This document shows, piece after piece, positions 40,805-51,157 of a stretch of DNA of 64,000 nt. Position 1 is the first letter of the stretch. Every line of letters begins with the position of its first letter. This DNA is from a virus. Both the position numbers and the translations under genes were made by a program. The notes below the pieces were generated by a model, which had not been told where the DNA came from, did no database searches, and saw only the letters and a list, made by a program, of their open reading frames with translations. The stretch spans positions 32,001 through 96,000 of the IMG/VR virus record IMGVR_UViG_3300011113_000396; one strand, given 5' to 3'.

Positions 40805-41392
40805 ATGAACCAAAATTACTTAACTAATTTAATCGAAGATTGTTTATATGGCAAAACTGATATAAGCCAACATAGGCTGTTCTTATTTTCATTGGTGTGT
40901 GCAATGAAACCAAAAAAAATATTAGAACTTGGCGTCAGGGGTGGCCACTCAACGAGTGCGTTGTTATATGCATGTGACCTCATTGATTCGCAGCTAACAT
41001 CGGTCGATATATCAGACCACCATTTTAGTTGTCCCGAGGAATTGAAGCATAGGTGGTGGTTTACAAAAAGTGATGCAATAAAATTTTTAGAAACAACTTC
41101 CGAAACATATGATATGATTTTTATAGATGATTGGCACGCCGAGGAACACGTTTACAAAGAATTGACTTTACTAAAAGATAAAGTAAAGCCAAATAATCTT
41201 ATATTACTTCATGATCTCATGCATAGTTTTTCCCATCCAAACTATACAACACAGGTTTATCCGTCAGGGCATGAATTTGAGGGATTAGGTCCCTATGGTG
41301 GCGTTCTTAAATTTGTTAAAGAAAATGTAAATTTTGAGTTTGCCACCGTACCCACTAATCACGGAATGACCATTTTGAGAAAAACAATATGA
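40805..41392 (+). CDS. Class I SAM-dependent methyltransferase
   Basis: ILELGVRGG.ST, SVDI, IFIDD.H and LLHD motifs; start set at ATG 40805. Confidence 0.78.
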   Translation: MNQNYLTNLIEDCLYGKTDISQHRLFLFSLVCAMKPKKILELGVRGGHSTSALLYACDLIDSQLTSVDISDHHFSCPEELKHRWWFTKSDAIKFLETTSETYDMIFIDDWHAEEHVYKELTLLKDKVKPNNLILLHDLMHSFSHPNYTTQVYPSGHEFEGLGPYGGVLKFVKENVNFEFATVPTNHGMTILRKTI

Positions 41393-42216
41393 GACATTTA
41401 ATATTAGGTTCAAGTGGACAGATAGGCTCACATTTAGTTCCTTATTTAAAAACTAAAAACATTCAATCTATTGAATTTGACCTTGTCAACTCACCGTATC
41501 AAGATCTTAGAATAAATAATAATACTTTTCTTGAAAAATGTATAGATGAATCGGATTTTGTATATTTTTTGGCTTTTGATGTTGGTGGCTCACGATATCT
41601 CAAAACCTATCAAAATAGCTATTCTTTTATAGAAAATAATACAAAGTTGATGGACCAAACATTTGGGTTATTGAAAAAATACAATAAGCCGTTTCTATTT
41701 ACTTCCTCACAAATGTCAAATATGGACTATTCACCATACGGAACATTAAAACGATTGGGTGAATACTATACAAATTCTTTAAATGGTTTAGTTGTTAAAT
41801 TTTGGAATGTATATGGGATTGAACATGACGAAAATAAATCTCATGTGATAACTGATTTTATTAAAAAAGCATTAAAAAATAAAAAAATAGACATGCTTAC
41901 TGATGGTTCGGAGGAAAGACAATTTTTATACGCTGATGATTGCTCTGAGTGTCTTTTGACTTTGTCTCAAAAGCTTAATATTTTGGATAGAACAAAAGAA
42001 TATCACATTACAAATTTTAAATGGTCAAAAGTTATTGATGTGGCTAAAATTATTCAAAAAAATATCGATTGCGATATTGTACCAGCAACAACAAAAGACT
42101 CAATTCAATTGAATAAAAAAAATGAACCGGATACACACATATTGCAATATTGGAAACCAAGAACCACGTTAGAAGAAGGTATAAATAAAATGTGTTTTTA
42201 TTATAAGAAATTGTGA
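41389..42216 (+). CDS. NAD-dependent sugar epimerase/dehydratase (SDR)
   Basis: GSSGQIG, YGTLK (YxxxK), NVYG and RQFLY.DD motifs. Confidence 0.85.
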   Translation: MRHLILGSSGQIGSHLVPYLKTKNIQSIEFDLVNSPYQDLRINNNTFLEKCIDESDFVYFLAFDVGGSRYLKTYQNSYSFIENNTKLMDQTFGLLKKYNKPFLFTSSQMSNMDYSPYGTLKRLGEYYTNSLNGLVVKFWNVYGIEHDENKSHVITDFIKKALKNKKIDMLTDGSEERQFLYADDCSECLLTLSQKLNILDRTKEYHITNFKWSKVIDVAKIIQKNIDCDIVPATTKDSIQLNKKNEPDTHILQYWKPRTTLEEGINKMCFYYKKL

Positions 42217-42228
42217 AAGGAATAAAAA

Positions 42229-43206
42229 ATGAAAAAAGCTCTTGTGCTGGGTGCTGGTGGATTTATCGGAGGTCATTTAGTAACTCGTCTAAAGAATGAA
42301 GGCTATTGGGTTCGTGGCGTTGATATAAAAGAACACGAATACAAAAAAACAGATGCGGATGAGTTTTTTGTATTGGATCTGAGGATTCAAGAAAATGTTG
42401 CAAAATCACTTGCACTCACAAGTAATTCTGGATTTGATGAAATATATCAGTTAGCCGCAGATATGGGTGGTGCTGGTTACATTTTTACCGGTGATCACGA
42501 TGCAGATGTTATGCACAATTCAGCGTTGATTAATTTGCACGTTACACAGGAAGCAATAAAATATGCTAAACTACCTAAAGTATTCTATTCATCTTCAGCA
42601 TGCATGTATCCAGAATACAATCAACTAGATCCAGATAATCCAAAATGCTCAGAGGATTCTGCATACCCTGCTGCCCCCGATAGTGAATATGGCTGGGAAA
42701 AATTATTCAGCGAACGGTTATATTTGGCATATAATCGAAATTATGGTCTTCCTGTTCGTATTGGTCGTTTTCACAATATTTTTGGTCCATATGGATCATG
42801 GAATAATGGTAAGGAAAAAGCTCCAGCCGCAATATGCAGAAAAGTTGCTTTTTCTGAAAATGGTACAATAGAAATTTGGGGCGATGGAAAGCAAACAAGA
42901 TCGTTTTTATATATCGATGATTGTGTAGAAATAGTAAGACGATTTATGGAATCAGATTTTAATGGTCCTATGAATATAGGTTCAGAAGAAATGATATCTA
43001 TAAATGGTTTAGCTGAATTAGTAATGCATTTGGCAAATAAAAAATTAATAATCAAAAATATTTCTGGCCCTCAAGGAGTGCGTGGAAGAAATTCAGACAA
43101 CAAATTGATGCGCGATAAACTTAATTGGGAACCAAATCAACCATTATCCATCGGTTTAAAGAAAACTTATGACTGGATTTATAGCTTAAAAACTTGTCAA
43201 TATTAA
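42229..43206 (+). CDS. GDP-mannose 3,5-epimerase-like SDR
   Basis: GAGGFIG, LAADMGG.G, SSSAC.YP, YGWEKL, RFHNIFGP.G.W..GKEKAPAA.CRK and GV.GRNSDN motifs. Confidence 0.85.
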   Translation: MKKALVLGAGGFIGGHLVTRLKNEGYWVRGVDIKEHEYKKTDADEFFVLDLRIQENVAKSLALTSNSGFDEIYQLAADMGGAGYIFTGDHDADVMHNSALINLHVTQEAIKYAKLPKVFYSSSACMYPEYNQLDPDNPKCSEDSAYPAAPDSEYGWEKLFSERLYLAYNRNYGLPVRIGRFHNIFGPYGSWNNGKEKAPAAICRKVAFSENGTIEIWGDGKQTRSFLYIDDCVEIVRRFMESDFNGPMNIGSEEMISINGLAELVMHLANKKLIIKNISGPQGVRGRNSDNKLMRDKLNWEPNQPLSIGLKKTYDWIYSLKTCQY

Positions 43207-43221
43207 ATTAATTGGTATAAT
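43194..43221 (+). promoter_or_regulatory. Sigma70-like promoter TTGTCA-16-TATAAT (extended -10)
   Basis: -10 ends 6 nt before ATG 43228. Confidence 0.62.
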
Positions 43222-43227
43222 AAAATT

Positions 43228-44457
43228 ATGAACCCTACAATAACATTATGCATGATCGTTAAAAATGAATCCGCAGTGATTCTCCAGTGCCTTGAATCGA
43301 TGTACAAGTATGTTGATCGATACGACATCACGGATACTGGTTCTACTGACGGAACCCAAGACATTATCCGCAAGTTCTTTGCAGAAAAGGGAATCCCCGG
43401 TGAGATCTACCAGTCAGATTGGAAGGGATTCGGTGACCATGCTGGCCGCATTGGTTCTAGAACCGAGGCTTTCCGAAACTGCGACGGCAAGGCTGACTAT
43501 GTTTGGGTAATTGATGCAGATGATTATCTTGAAGGCGATTTCAAGTATCCCCCAAACATGAATGCTGCGGCCTATGCTCTTACATTTAAGAGAGATGATT
43601 TCACTTGGTGGAGAACTCAGATCTTCAAGAATGAACTTCTTTGGAGATATGTTGGTGTTCTTCATGAATATCCAGATACTGATAAGAAGCCATATGCTGT
43701 TGAAAAGATTCATGGCAATTATCATGTCACAGCCAGAACTGCTGGATTCGAAAGAAACGCAAACAAAACACTTGTTGAAAAGTATTCCAAGGATGCAGAA
43801 ACCCTTGTCAAGGCTCTGGAAGAAGATCCAACGAATGTTCGATATATGTTCTATCTTGGACAAAGCTATTTTGATTCGCAGCAATGGGGAAAGGCTGAAG
43901 ATGCTTACCTAAAGCGTTCCAAGATGGGTGATTGGGGTGAAGAAGTATTCTTTTCTCTTTACCGAGCGGCAATCTGCAAGATTCTACAAGCAAAGGCATG
44001 GCCAGAAATTTATGATGCCTTCCTTAACGCTTACGAATCACGCCCAACAAGAGCAGAACCATTATATCAACTCGCTAGGCTAAATCGCCTACATAATAGA
44101 CCAAGAACAGGATTTATCTATGCACAAATGGCAGCACAAATTCCATACCCTCAAGAAGACCTTCTTTTCGTTGATCACGGTATTTACAAGTGGGGTATTT
44201 TGGACGAAATTTCGTCAACTGCTTGGTATGCGGGTAAGCCCCACATCGGCTTTGAAGCCAGCCGCGTGCTGCTGCAAGAGAAAAGGTTGCCGCAAGACCA
44301 AACAGACAGAGTCACGAAGAACTTCTTAACTTATAAGGATCTGCTAGAAAAACTCCACACTCAGCAGCAGATGAATGTGGAAGCAGAAAAGGAGAAGGCA
44401 AAGCAACAAAAGAAACAGCAGAAAAAGATGAAAAGGATGCAAAAGTTAAGAAGGTGA
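43228..44457 (+). CDS. GT2 glycosyltransferase with C-terminal TPR-like repeats
   Basis: [27 protein letters not shown], then helical repeats (RY.FYL.QSY.D, RP.RAEPL). Confidence 0.85.
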   Translation: MNPTITLCMIVKNESAVILQCLESMYKYVDRYDITDTGSTDGTQDIIRKFFAEKGIPGEIYQSDWKGFGDHAGRIGSRTEAFRNCDGKADYVWVIDADDYLEGDFKYPPNMNAAAYALTFKRDDFTWWRTQIFKNELLWRYVGVLHEYPDTDKKPYAVEKIHGNYHVTARTAGFERNANKTLVEKYSKDAETLVKALEEDPTNVRYMFYLGQSYFDSQQWGKAEDAYLKRSKMGDWGEEVFFSLYRAAICKILQAKAWPEIYDAFLNAYESRPTRAEPLYQLARLNRLHNRPRTGFIYAQMAAQIPYPQEDLLFVDHGIYKWGILDEISSTAWYAGKPHIGFEASRVLLQEKRLPQDQTDRVTKNFLTYKDLLEKLHTQQQMNVEAEKEKAKQQKKQQKKMKRMQKLRR

Positions 44458-44458
44458 C

Positions 44459-46186
44459 ATGAAATTCTCAGATATCTTTAAAAAAGAACAAAAAATAAAT
44501 CTTGCTGGCCTAACCAAGCAAGATGTTCTTTTATTAAAAGAAGATATTTCAGAATTTAAGACTGGTACTAAGTTTACTGTCAATCCCAAAAACAAGAGTG
44601 ATAAGTCCGTAGAAATAGGCGATGGTCTTACCGAATTGCATCTAGTTGATGAAAAAGGTAAAACTGTCCTATTTTCGGGAAATTACTCAAAAATTGCGTC
44701 ATTATTCACAATTTTAGAGGAAAAGACCCCCGAACCACAAATCATAGTTGTAGAAAAAACTATTGTCAATGAGATAAAAAAGAAACAAGTAATAGAAGGC
44801 AAAGAAGGTCCGATAGGGCCACAAGGCCCAAGAGGTGATATTGGAGCCAGAGGGGAACTAGGACCTGTTGGGGCTAAGGGAGAGCGCGGAGAACAGGGTG
44901 AGGTGGGCGAACAGGGTCCACAGGGCATTGCTGGCCCAATCGGGCCTAAAGGTCCAGTAGGACCGCAGGGGCCAAAGGGAGACAAGGGAGATAAAGGCGA
45001 TCAGGGAGTTCCCGGAGAACGAGGTCCTATAGGCCCAGAAGGTCCAAAGGGAGATCGCGGAGAAGCTGGAGAGCCGGGACTTGATGGATTGCAGGGAGAA
45101 CGAGGGCTAATTGGTCCGCAGGGTCCAAAGGGAGATATGGGAGAACCGGGTCTTCCCGGACCAAGAGGCCTAATGGGTCCACAAGGACCAAAGGGAGAGC
45201 GCGGAGAACCCGGAGAACAGGGTCCAGAAGGTCCTCAAGGTCCAATAGGACAAGACGGCCTTCCCGGTGAAAAGGGCGACAAGGGCGATCCCGGTGTCGT
45301 TTCTGCCAGTTTTCCATTAATCTACGACAAAAAATCGGCAAATCTAAGTTTTGACACTAAATTTTTGGACGATAAGATCACCAAGATAGCTGTAGATCCA
45401 CTTTTGGCTAGCGGTGGCAGTGGTCTGGGTGTCAAAGAAAACGGATCAATACTTGTCAAAACGGGTGTTGATTATTTGGATTTTAGAGGTTCTATTGATC
45501 TTACCAGACAAGGTAGAACTGTTATCGTTACAGGAACATCTTCAGGATCTGGTACTGGCATAACTGGCCCTACAGGTCCAACTGGTCCAGCGGGTGCAAC
45601 TGGTGCTGACGGATCGATTGGTCCTGTGGGTCCGACTGGTGTTACGGGAGTTACTGGTGCTGATGGTTCAATTGGCCCTATTGGTCCAACAGGTGCTACA
45701 GGCGTTACAGGAGCAGACGGTTCAATCGGCCCTATTGGTCCAACAGGTGCAACTGGAGTTACTGGTCCTATTGGACCTACTGGAGCTACAGGACCATCTG
45801 GTATAACCAATATTAATGGTATTACTTTATCCCCTGTAACTATAAGAGATGGAACTGGAATTTTAATAGCAAATAATATTCCAAATAGAGAAATAAGTAT
45901 TGAAAACGCTTGGGGAGAATTAGCAGATTCGAATTCAACCCTTGAACCGTATATTTTAGTTAGTTTAAATGGATTAATAGGTGCTCCATCATTATTTGCC
46001 GGAACAGGAATAACTCTCTCTGTCGGAACTCAAGGTATTACAATTTCATCCACTTTACCCAAGTTCACGGAAGGGACAACTGCCCCAGCAAATCCAATTG
46101 CAGGAGATAGGTGGTACAATACAGACGATGGTGTGATATACACATCAGTTACTAAATCAGGATCACAAATTTGGATAGTTGGATGA
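44459..46186 (+). CDS. Collagen-like (Gly-X-Y) virion fibre protein
   Basis: Charged G-X-Y tract then a GPT/GAT/GVT-rich tract. Confidence 0.85.
   Translation: MKFSDIFKKEQKINLAGLTKQDVLLLKEDISEFKTGTKFTVNPKNKSDKSVEIGDGLTELHLVDEKGKTVLFSGNYSKIASLFTILEEKTPEPQIIVVEKTIVNEIKKKQVIEGKEGPIGPQGPRGDIGARGELGPVGAKGERGEQGEVGEQGPQGIAGPIGPKGPVGPQGPKGDKGDKGDQGVPGERGPIGPEGPKGDRGEAGEPGLDGLQGERGLIGPQGPKGDMGEPGLPGPRGLMGPQGPKGERGEPGEQGPEGPQGPIGQDGLPGEKGDKGDPGVVSASFPLIYDKKSANLSFDTKFLDDKITKIAVDPLLASGGSGLGVKENGSILVKTGVDYLDFRGSIDLTRQGRTVIVTGTSSGSGTGITGPTGPTGPAGATGADGSIGPVGPTGVTGVTGADGSIGPIGPTGATGVTGADGSIGPIGPTGATGVTGPIGPTGATGPSGITNINGITLSPVTIRDGTGILIANNIPNREISIENAWGELADSNSTLEPYILVSLNGLIGAPSLFAGTGITLSVGTQGITISSTLPKFTEGTTAPANPIAGDRWYNTDDGVIYTSVTKSGSQIWIVG
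45549..45803 (+). repeat. Thr-rich collagen repeat including ~3 copies of GADGSIGP(I/V)GPTG(A/V)TGVT
   Basis: 54-nt periodic, synonymously diverged repeats. Confidence 0.75.
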
Positions 46187-46199
46187 GGATAAATAGAGT

Positions 46200-48755
46200 A
46201 TGCCGATAAATTTTCCCAATTCACCAAGCATTGGAGCTACCTACGACTACGAAGGTATTCATTATATTTACAATGGTATAGGCTGGGTCAACAAAAGCAT
46301 TTTTGGTATTTCAGCTGGAACTAATATTAGCTTTACTAATTATAATGGCACTGGTCCTCTAATTATTTCAGCGATAGATACTACTGGTATAACCAGCGCA
46401 GTAACATCATTCAATGGTAAAACAGGTGCGGTTCAGGGAGTATCTAGTTTTGCTGGGCTAACAGGAACAGTTGGTTCTGGAATAACCACAAACGGAATTT
46501 TATATTTTGATGGTTCTGACGTTCAAGGATCAGCACTCCTGACATTTAATGGTTCTGATATAGTTCTTGATACATCTGGTCATTTTGATGGGAATATACT
46601 TGGTAGATCTGAAGTCTATATTAAAGCAGATGAAGCAATAAACGAAGGAGATCCAGTTTATGTTACTGGTTCTGTTGGTGCGTCTGAGCGATTGACTGTT
46701 GCAAAAGCCGATTCAGCAATTTCTGCAAAAATGCCTGCTGCTGGTATAGCCGCTCAAAGTTTAGCTTCGAATGGTGAAGGAGTAATGATTATTAATGGCT
46801 GGGTCCGGAATTACGATACGACGGGGCTAACAGCAAATCAAATACTATTTGTTGCTTCTGGTGGTGGTTTGACCGCTACAAGACCAACATCTGCTGGAGT
46901 ATTGGTTCAGAACATAGCAAGAGTTGGCAGACCAAACCACGCAAACGGCTCAATCATTGTAACTGGAGCAAGTAGAGCAAATGATGTACCAAACACTATT
47001 CGCGTATATCAGTACATTGAGATGCCAGATGGATTTACGTTCAATACTGTTGTTTCTAGTTTCAATGGAAACACGGGAGCTGTTCAAGGAATATCAGCAG
47101 CTGTTGCGGGATCTGGTATCAGTGTTTCTGGTGCTACTGGATCTGTTACTATTACCAATACTGGTGTCTTGAGTTTTAATGGTAATACTGGAGCAATCCA
47201 AGGTGTATCTTCCATCAATGGAGCAACTGGTGCAATTACAAGTGTTGCGTTTACAAATGCAGCACAGACTTTTAGTGCTTTACAGAGTTTTAGTTCTGGT
47301 ATTTCTGCTAGTAGTGGGATTACTTTTGGAAATAATTTAACAATTAAAACTGGATCAGGGGATTTAACGATTGGTTCTAATTCAGGACCATTAAATACTC
47401 TTGTAATTGGGAATGCATCGTTAGCATCAAATAATACTATAGCTAACTCTATTATCATTGGCAAAAATGCAATGTCATCTTCTGGTGTAAATTCTGCTGA
47501 TTCTTTTGCAATAGGTTTAGGAGCGTTGAATTCCAATGATGCTACTTCAAATTTTGGTATTGGGGTAGCAGCAGGATATAGCACTACTTTAGGTGGTGAA
47601 AATTTCTTTATTGGAAATAATGCTGGTTATGATTGTGTTGAAGGTTCTGGAAATGTCGCCATAGGTCCAGCAGTATTACAAAATATTAATAATGGAACAG
47701 AAAATACAGGTATTGGATATTCGTGTTTATTTAGTTCTGTTGACACTAATTTCAATACTGCTGTTGGATCTGCTTCTTTACAAAATACATCATCTGGATC
47801 CGAAAATACTGCTATCGGATATGCATCTTTAGCAACTAACCTTACAGGAGCAGGAAACGTAGCACTTGGATATAATGCTGGTTTATATAGAGGCACAGCA
47901 TCATTATCAAGAACTACTGGTACTGGTGGAATTTATATTGGATATCAAGCAAGAGCATCAGCTAATGCAATGACCGATGAAATCGTCATCGGTAGAAATG
48001 CAGTTGGTCTTGGATCAAATACAGCAGTCATTGGTGCAACTGCACAATCATCTGCCACGATTTATGGAGTAATGAATCTTCCGGGTGGATTGAGTGCTTC
48101 TGGTGGAATTACTTTCAATAGTAACATACAAATCAATAATAAAGCAATTCTTGGATCTGCTGCTTTAGGAGCAGCAACTCCCGGTTGTATTGAATTTGAT
48201 GGAAATGTGGTTTATGCAGGAACTACCGCTGGTAGAGGAGTTGTAAGTACTCAACAAATATCAGTAATGACTGCGGCTACTAAATCTTTATTAAATGCTA
48301 CGGGAGATCAAAATATTTTTGATACTCCACAAGATGTAATAACATTGGCTGCAAATACGACATATCAGATTGAAGGTTATATTCTCCTTTCAACAGGTAC
48401 AACTACCCTTAGACATTTATCTTTGAGATTTACTCAAGGTATTGTTGCTAATCCTCCAACAATACATTTTGCGACAATAGGCGTTCCTACCACTAGTGGC
48501 GGAGCAGTAAGAGCACAAGACACAGCATTCTTCAACACTACCACTGGAGGAGTGATCACCCAAACTACTTTTAATACTAATAGCTACAATGTATTTATTA
48601 GAGGTTTAATAAAAACTGTAGATTCTGTTACTATAACACCACAAATAGCATTCAGTGCAGCACCGGGAGTCACAAATACTGTTAATTTCGGTACATATAT
48701 TTCATTCATTCCGATTGGAAATGGATCGATGGCATCTGTAGGGCCTTGGGCATAA
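46200..48755 (+). CDS. Tail fibre/adhesin-like protein
   Basis: INFPNSP..G N-terminus, five VxSxNGxTG-type repeats and YadA-head-like N(T/V)A(V/I/L)G repeats. Confidence 0.7.
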   Translation: MPINFPNSPSIGATYDYEGIHYIYNGIGWVNKSIFGISAGTNISFTNYNGTGPLIISAIDTTGITSAVTSFNGKTGAVQGVSSFAGLTGTVGSGITTNGILYFDGSDVQGSALLTFNGSDIVLDTSGHFDGNILGRSEVYIKADEAINEGDPVYVTGSVGASERLTVAKADSAISAKMPAAGIAAQSLASNGEGVMIINGWVRNYDTTGLTANQILFVASGGGLTATRPTSAGVLVQNIARVGRPNHANGSIIVTGASRANDVPNTIRVYQYIEMPDGFTFNTVVSSFNGNTGAVQGISAAVAGSGISVSGATGSVTITNTGVLSFNGNTGAIQGVSSINGATGAITSVAFTNAAQTFSALQSFSSGISASSGITFGNNLTIKTGSGDLTIGSNSGPLNTLVIGNASLASNNTIANSIIIGKNAMSSSGVNSADSFAIGLGALNSNDATSNFGIGVAAGYSTTLGGENFFIGNNAGYDCVEGSGNVAIGPAVLQNINNGTENTGIGYSCLFSSVDTNFNTAVGSASLQNTSSGSENTAIGYASLATNLTGAGNVALGYNAGLYRGTASLSRTTGTGGIYIGYQARASANAMTDEIVIGRNAVGLGSNTAVIGATAQSSATIYGVMNLPGGLSASGGITFNSNIQINNKAILGSAALGAATPGCIEFDGNVVYAGTTAGRGVVSTQQISVMTAATKSLLNATGDQNIFDTPQDVITLAANTTYQIEGYILLSTGTTTLRHLSLRFTQGIVANPPTIHFATIGVPTTSGGAVRAQDTAFFNTTTGGVITQTTFNTNSYNVFIRGLIKTVDSVTITPQIAFSAAPGVTNTVNFGTYISFIPIGNGSMASVGPWA

Positions 48756-48767
48756 TAGGAGATTAAT

Positions 48768-49067
48768 ATGGCATTAATAAAATCATTTCAAGCAGTCAAT
48801 GGCAACACATACACTTATTGGAGAATCGAAAAAATAGATCTTCAGCCAAAGCAAAACATTTGTGTAATTCGTGCTGTGGGTTACGCAGATCAAGCAGCAA
48901 GCACACAAGAAATGGCTCAAAGATATAACAAAATATTTGCAGTTGGTGATGATTACTCTACTTACTTTGATTATTCTATACTTGATATGTTAGGAGAAAA
49001 TCAGACACATCAAGCATATGAATTCTTAAAAACTCAATCATTCTTTTCCGGTTCTACAAACGCATAA
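48768..49067 (+). CDS. Hypothetical protein, possible fibre chaperone
   Basis: AGGAG RBS; follows the fibre gene; YWRI and QAY..LK motifs. Confidence 0.55.
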   Translation: MALIKSFQAVNGNTYTYWRIEKIDLQPKQNICVIRAVGYADQAASTQEMAQRYNKIFAVGDDYSTYFDYSILDMLGENQTHQAYEFLKTQSFFSGSTNA

Positions 49068-49078
49068 TAAATAATCAT

Positions 49079-49519
49079 ATGCCAGCAGGAAGATATGACA
49101 TCATCGCAGAACAAGGAGCCTCCTTCAAGATCCAATTTGATTATTTGTATGCTGGAGTCGGAGGAACTGGAATAAGCTTGAGTAATTATACTTGCAGAAT
49201 GCAAGTTAGAAAGTCTGCGTTAGACGAAAAAATTCTAATGGATCTTTCTATTTCTGGATTGACTTATGGCGGAACTACTGGTTTTTATCAACCCGGAGTC
49301 ATAACTGGATCTACAGGAGTTGGTGGAATTACTCTTAATAGAGATATAAATGGTTCTGTTAAGAATGGCGGTATTTTGATAACAGCATCTTCTACTGTAA
49401 CTAAATCGTTACCAGTAGGAAGACATCATTATGATCTTGAATTGACTAATACTGTCTCTGGTGATGTTTTAAGATTACTTGAAGGTACATTCGAAGTTAA
49501 TAGAGAGGTAACACGATAA
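49079..49519 (+). CDS. Virion structural protein (Ig-like/BppU-like)
   Basis: EQGA.F, Y..RMQVRK and YDLEL....V.RLLEG...V..EVTR motifs; late box 49066-49073. Confidence 0.6.
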   Translation: MPAGRYDIIAEQGASFKIQFDYLYAGVGGTGISLSNYTCRMQVRKSALDEKILMDLSISGLTYGGTTGFYQPGVITGSTGVGGITLNRDINGSVKNGGILITASSTVTKSLPVGRHHYDLELTNTVSGDVLRLLEGTFEVNREVTR

Positions 49520-49671
49520 TGCAGCTTGTTAATCTATACGGAGACATGGCAAGTACGGTATTGGTGGTAACTCCCACAAATTATTCTGCTGTAATAAAAG
49601 TAAACTATCCAGATTATCTAAATTATGCTACAGTACTAGTACCCGGACCATTCCTCTCCGATACAATTTAA
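49519..49671 (+). CDS. 50-aa hypothetical protein not in the ORF track
   Basis: TAATG coupling; MQLVNLYGDM...PFLSDTI* fills the gap before the dut promoter. Confidence 0.5.
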   Translation: MQLVNLYGDMASTVLVVTPTNYSAVIKVNYPDYLNYATVLVPGPFLSDTI

Positions 49672-49675
49672 TTTC

Positions 49676-49703
49676 TTGACTTTTACGCAATTTAGTGTAA
49701 ACT
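49676..49703 (+). promoter_or_regulatory. Sigma70-like promoter TTGACT-16-TAAACT
   Basis: -10 ends 6 nt before the dut ATG. Confidence 0.6.
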
Positions 49704-49709
49704 TTTACT

Positions 49710-50216
49710 ATGGAATCACTAGGAATTTATAAGCTTCATCCGACAGTACAATCACCAAGTCTTCAAACAGATAATTCGGCCTGTGCTGATGTATTTGCAT
49801 TCATTCAAGGCAAAGAAATTACTGTTTATGATCGATACAACAGCAAGAGTACCATCAAGACTGATGCGAATTCTGTTTCGATTCGAATCGGACCAAAGGA
49901 AAGAATTCTAGTTCCTACAGGAATCATTCTAGACATTCCAAAGCACTTCTCAGTGCGTATGCACCCTCGCTCTGGTCTTGCGATCAAGAAGGGCCTTGCT
50001 CTAGTCAACTGTGAAGGCGTAATCGACTCTGACTATGTGGAAGAACTCATGATTCCATTGGTCAACACAAGCGATATTTCGTATGATATCGGTCATCAAG
50101 AACGAGTTGCCCAAATGGAACTTGTTCGTACTGAACATTTTGTTTATAATCACATTTTTGAAAGACCTACACAGAAAACAAATAGAAGCGGTGGCTTCGG
50201 GAGCACAGGAGAATAG
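49710..50216 (+). CDS. dut: dUTPase (trimeric)
   Basis: LVPTG, PRSGLA, GVIDSDY, RVAQ and RSGGFGSTG motifs. Confidence 0.96.
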   Translation: MESLGIYKLHPTVQSPSLQTDNSACADVFAFIQGKEITVYDRYNSKSTIKTDANSVSIRIGPKERILVPTGIILDIPKHFSVRMHPRSGLAIKKGLALVNCEGVIDSDYVEELMIPLVNTSDISYDIGHQERVAQMELVRTEHFVYNHIFERPTQKTNRSGGFGSTGE

Positions 50217-50247
50217 TTGTCGAATATTCTAACTAATATATAGTTAG

Positions 50248-50841
50248 ATGAAAAAAAGAATACAATCAAGAGTTTACAGAAAAATATACGAAAACTATTA
50301 TGGGGTAAAAATTCCTAAAGGAATGCATATACACCATATAGACGGAAATAGAGAAAACAACGATCCTTTAAATTTAAAGTTGTTAACTCCAAAAGAACAT
50401 TTTGCTATACATTTAGAACAAGGCGATCCTATTTGTCAACATGGAAAATTTTTACAAGGAGCATCTGAAGCGGGTAAAAAAGGAGGAAGATCTACCTCGT
50501 TAAAAAAAGTAAAATGTTGTGCTGATAATATGAAAAAAAATAGAAGAGCCGATTTAGGAGCAAAAGCTTCTGTGGAGGCAAGAAAAAAAGCAAAAACATT
50601 TTTCTTTTCCGAAGACTATCAAAAACAACTCCAAAAAAGATTAAAAGAACAAAAAATTGGACCCTATTCAGATGAACATAAAGAAATGGTAAGCAAATTA
50701 GGTAAATCAAAAGGAAAAAAACCAATTTACGGAGATAAAACATGGGTTAGTTCTTACGAAGCTTCCGTAGAAACTAAGTTACCAGCAAGTACAATTAGAT
50801 ATCGTTGTAGAAATAATATTAAAGGATGGAGATATGAATAA
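50248..50841 (+). mobile_element. Free-standing HNH homing endonuclease
   Basis: HIHHIDGNRENNDPLNL...EH...H; C-terminal S..EA...L...TI..R HTH-like segment; AT-rich. Confidence 0.85.
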
Positions 50842-51157
50842 TATGAATAGAGAAGAACTTTTTAAGCATCATAGCGAATTATGTGAGAAAGCATTTGATA
50901 TTCTTGTTGCAAAAAATAACGATTATGCTTCAGGAAAAGATCCCTTTTCCAATTTCAGAAAAGGTGAAATATTTAATCTATGTTCGACGGAAGTTGGTAT
51001 TCTTTTAAGAATTACTGATAAGATGTCTCGTTTATCTACATTTGCCAAAGAAGGAAAACTTTCCGTAGAAAACGAAGGTTATCAGGACGCAATTCTAGAC
51101 ATCATGAACTATTGCGTTCTATTTTCGGCTTATGTAAAGTCTAAGGATGATGCTTGA
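50834..51157 (+). CDS. DUF1599/nucleotide-modification-associated domain 1-like protein
   Basis: KN.DY, GILLR..DK..RL and D...D..NY motifs. Confidence 0.7.
   Translation: MNNMNREELFKHHSELCEKAFDILVAKNNDYASGKDPFSNFRKGEIFNLCSTEVGILLRITDKMSRLSTFAKEGKLSVENEGYQDAILDIMNYCVLFSAYVKSKDDA

Noticed and set aside
45549-45803. Periodic repeats as a CRISPR array
   Set aside because: In-frame coding repeats with synonymous variation, no unique spacers and no cas genes
44683-45810. Minus-strand Pro/Gly-rich ORFs over the collagen gene
   Set aside because: Shadow frames of the G-X-Y repeat; no independent evidence of coding
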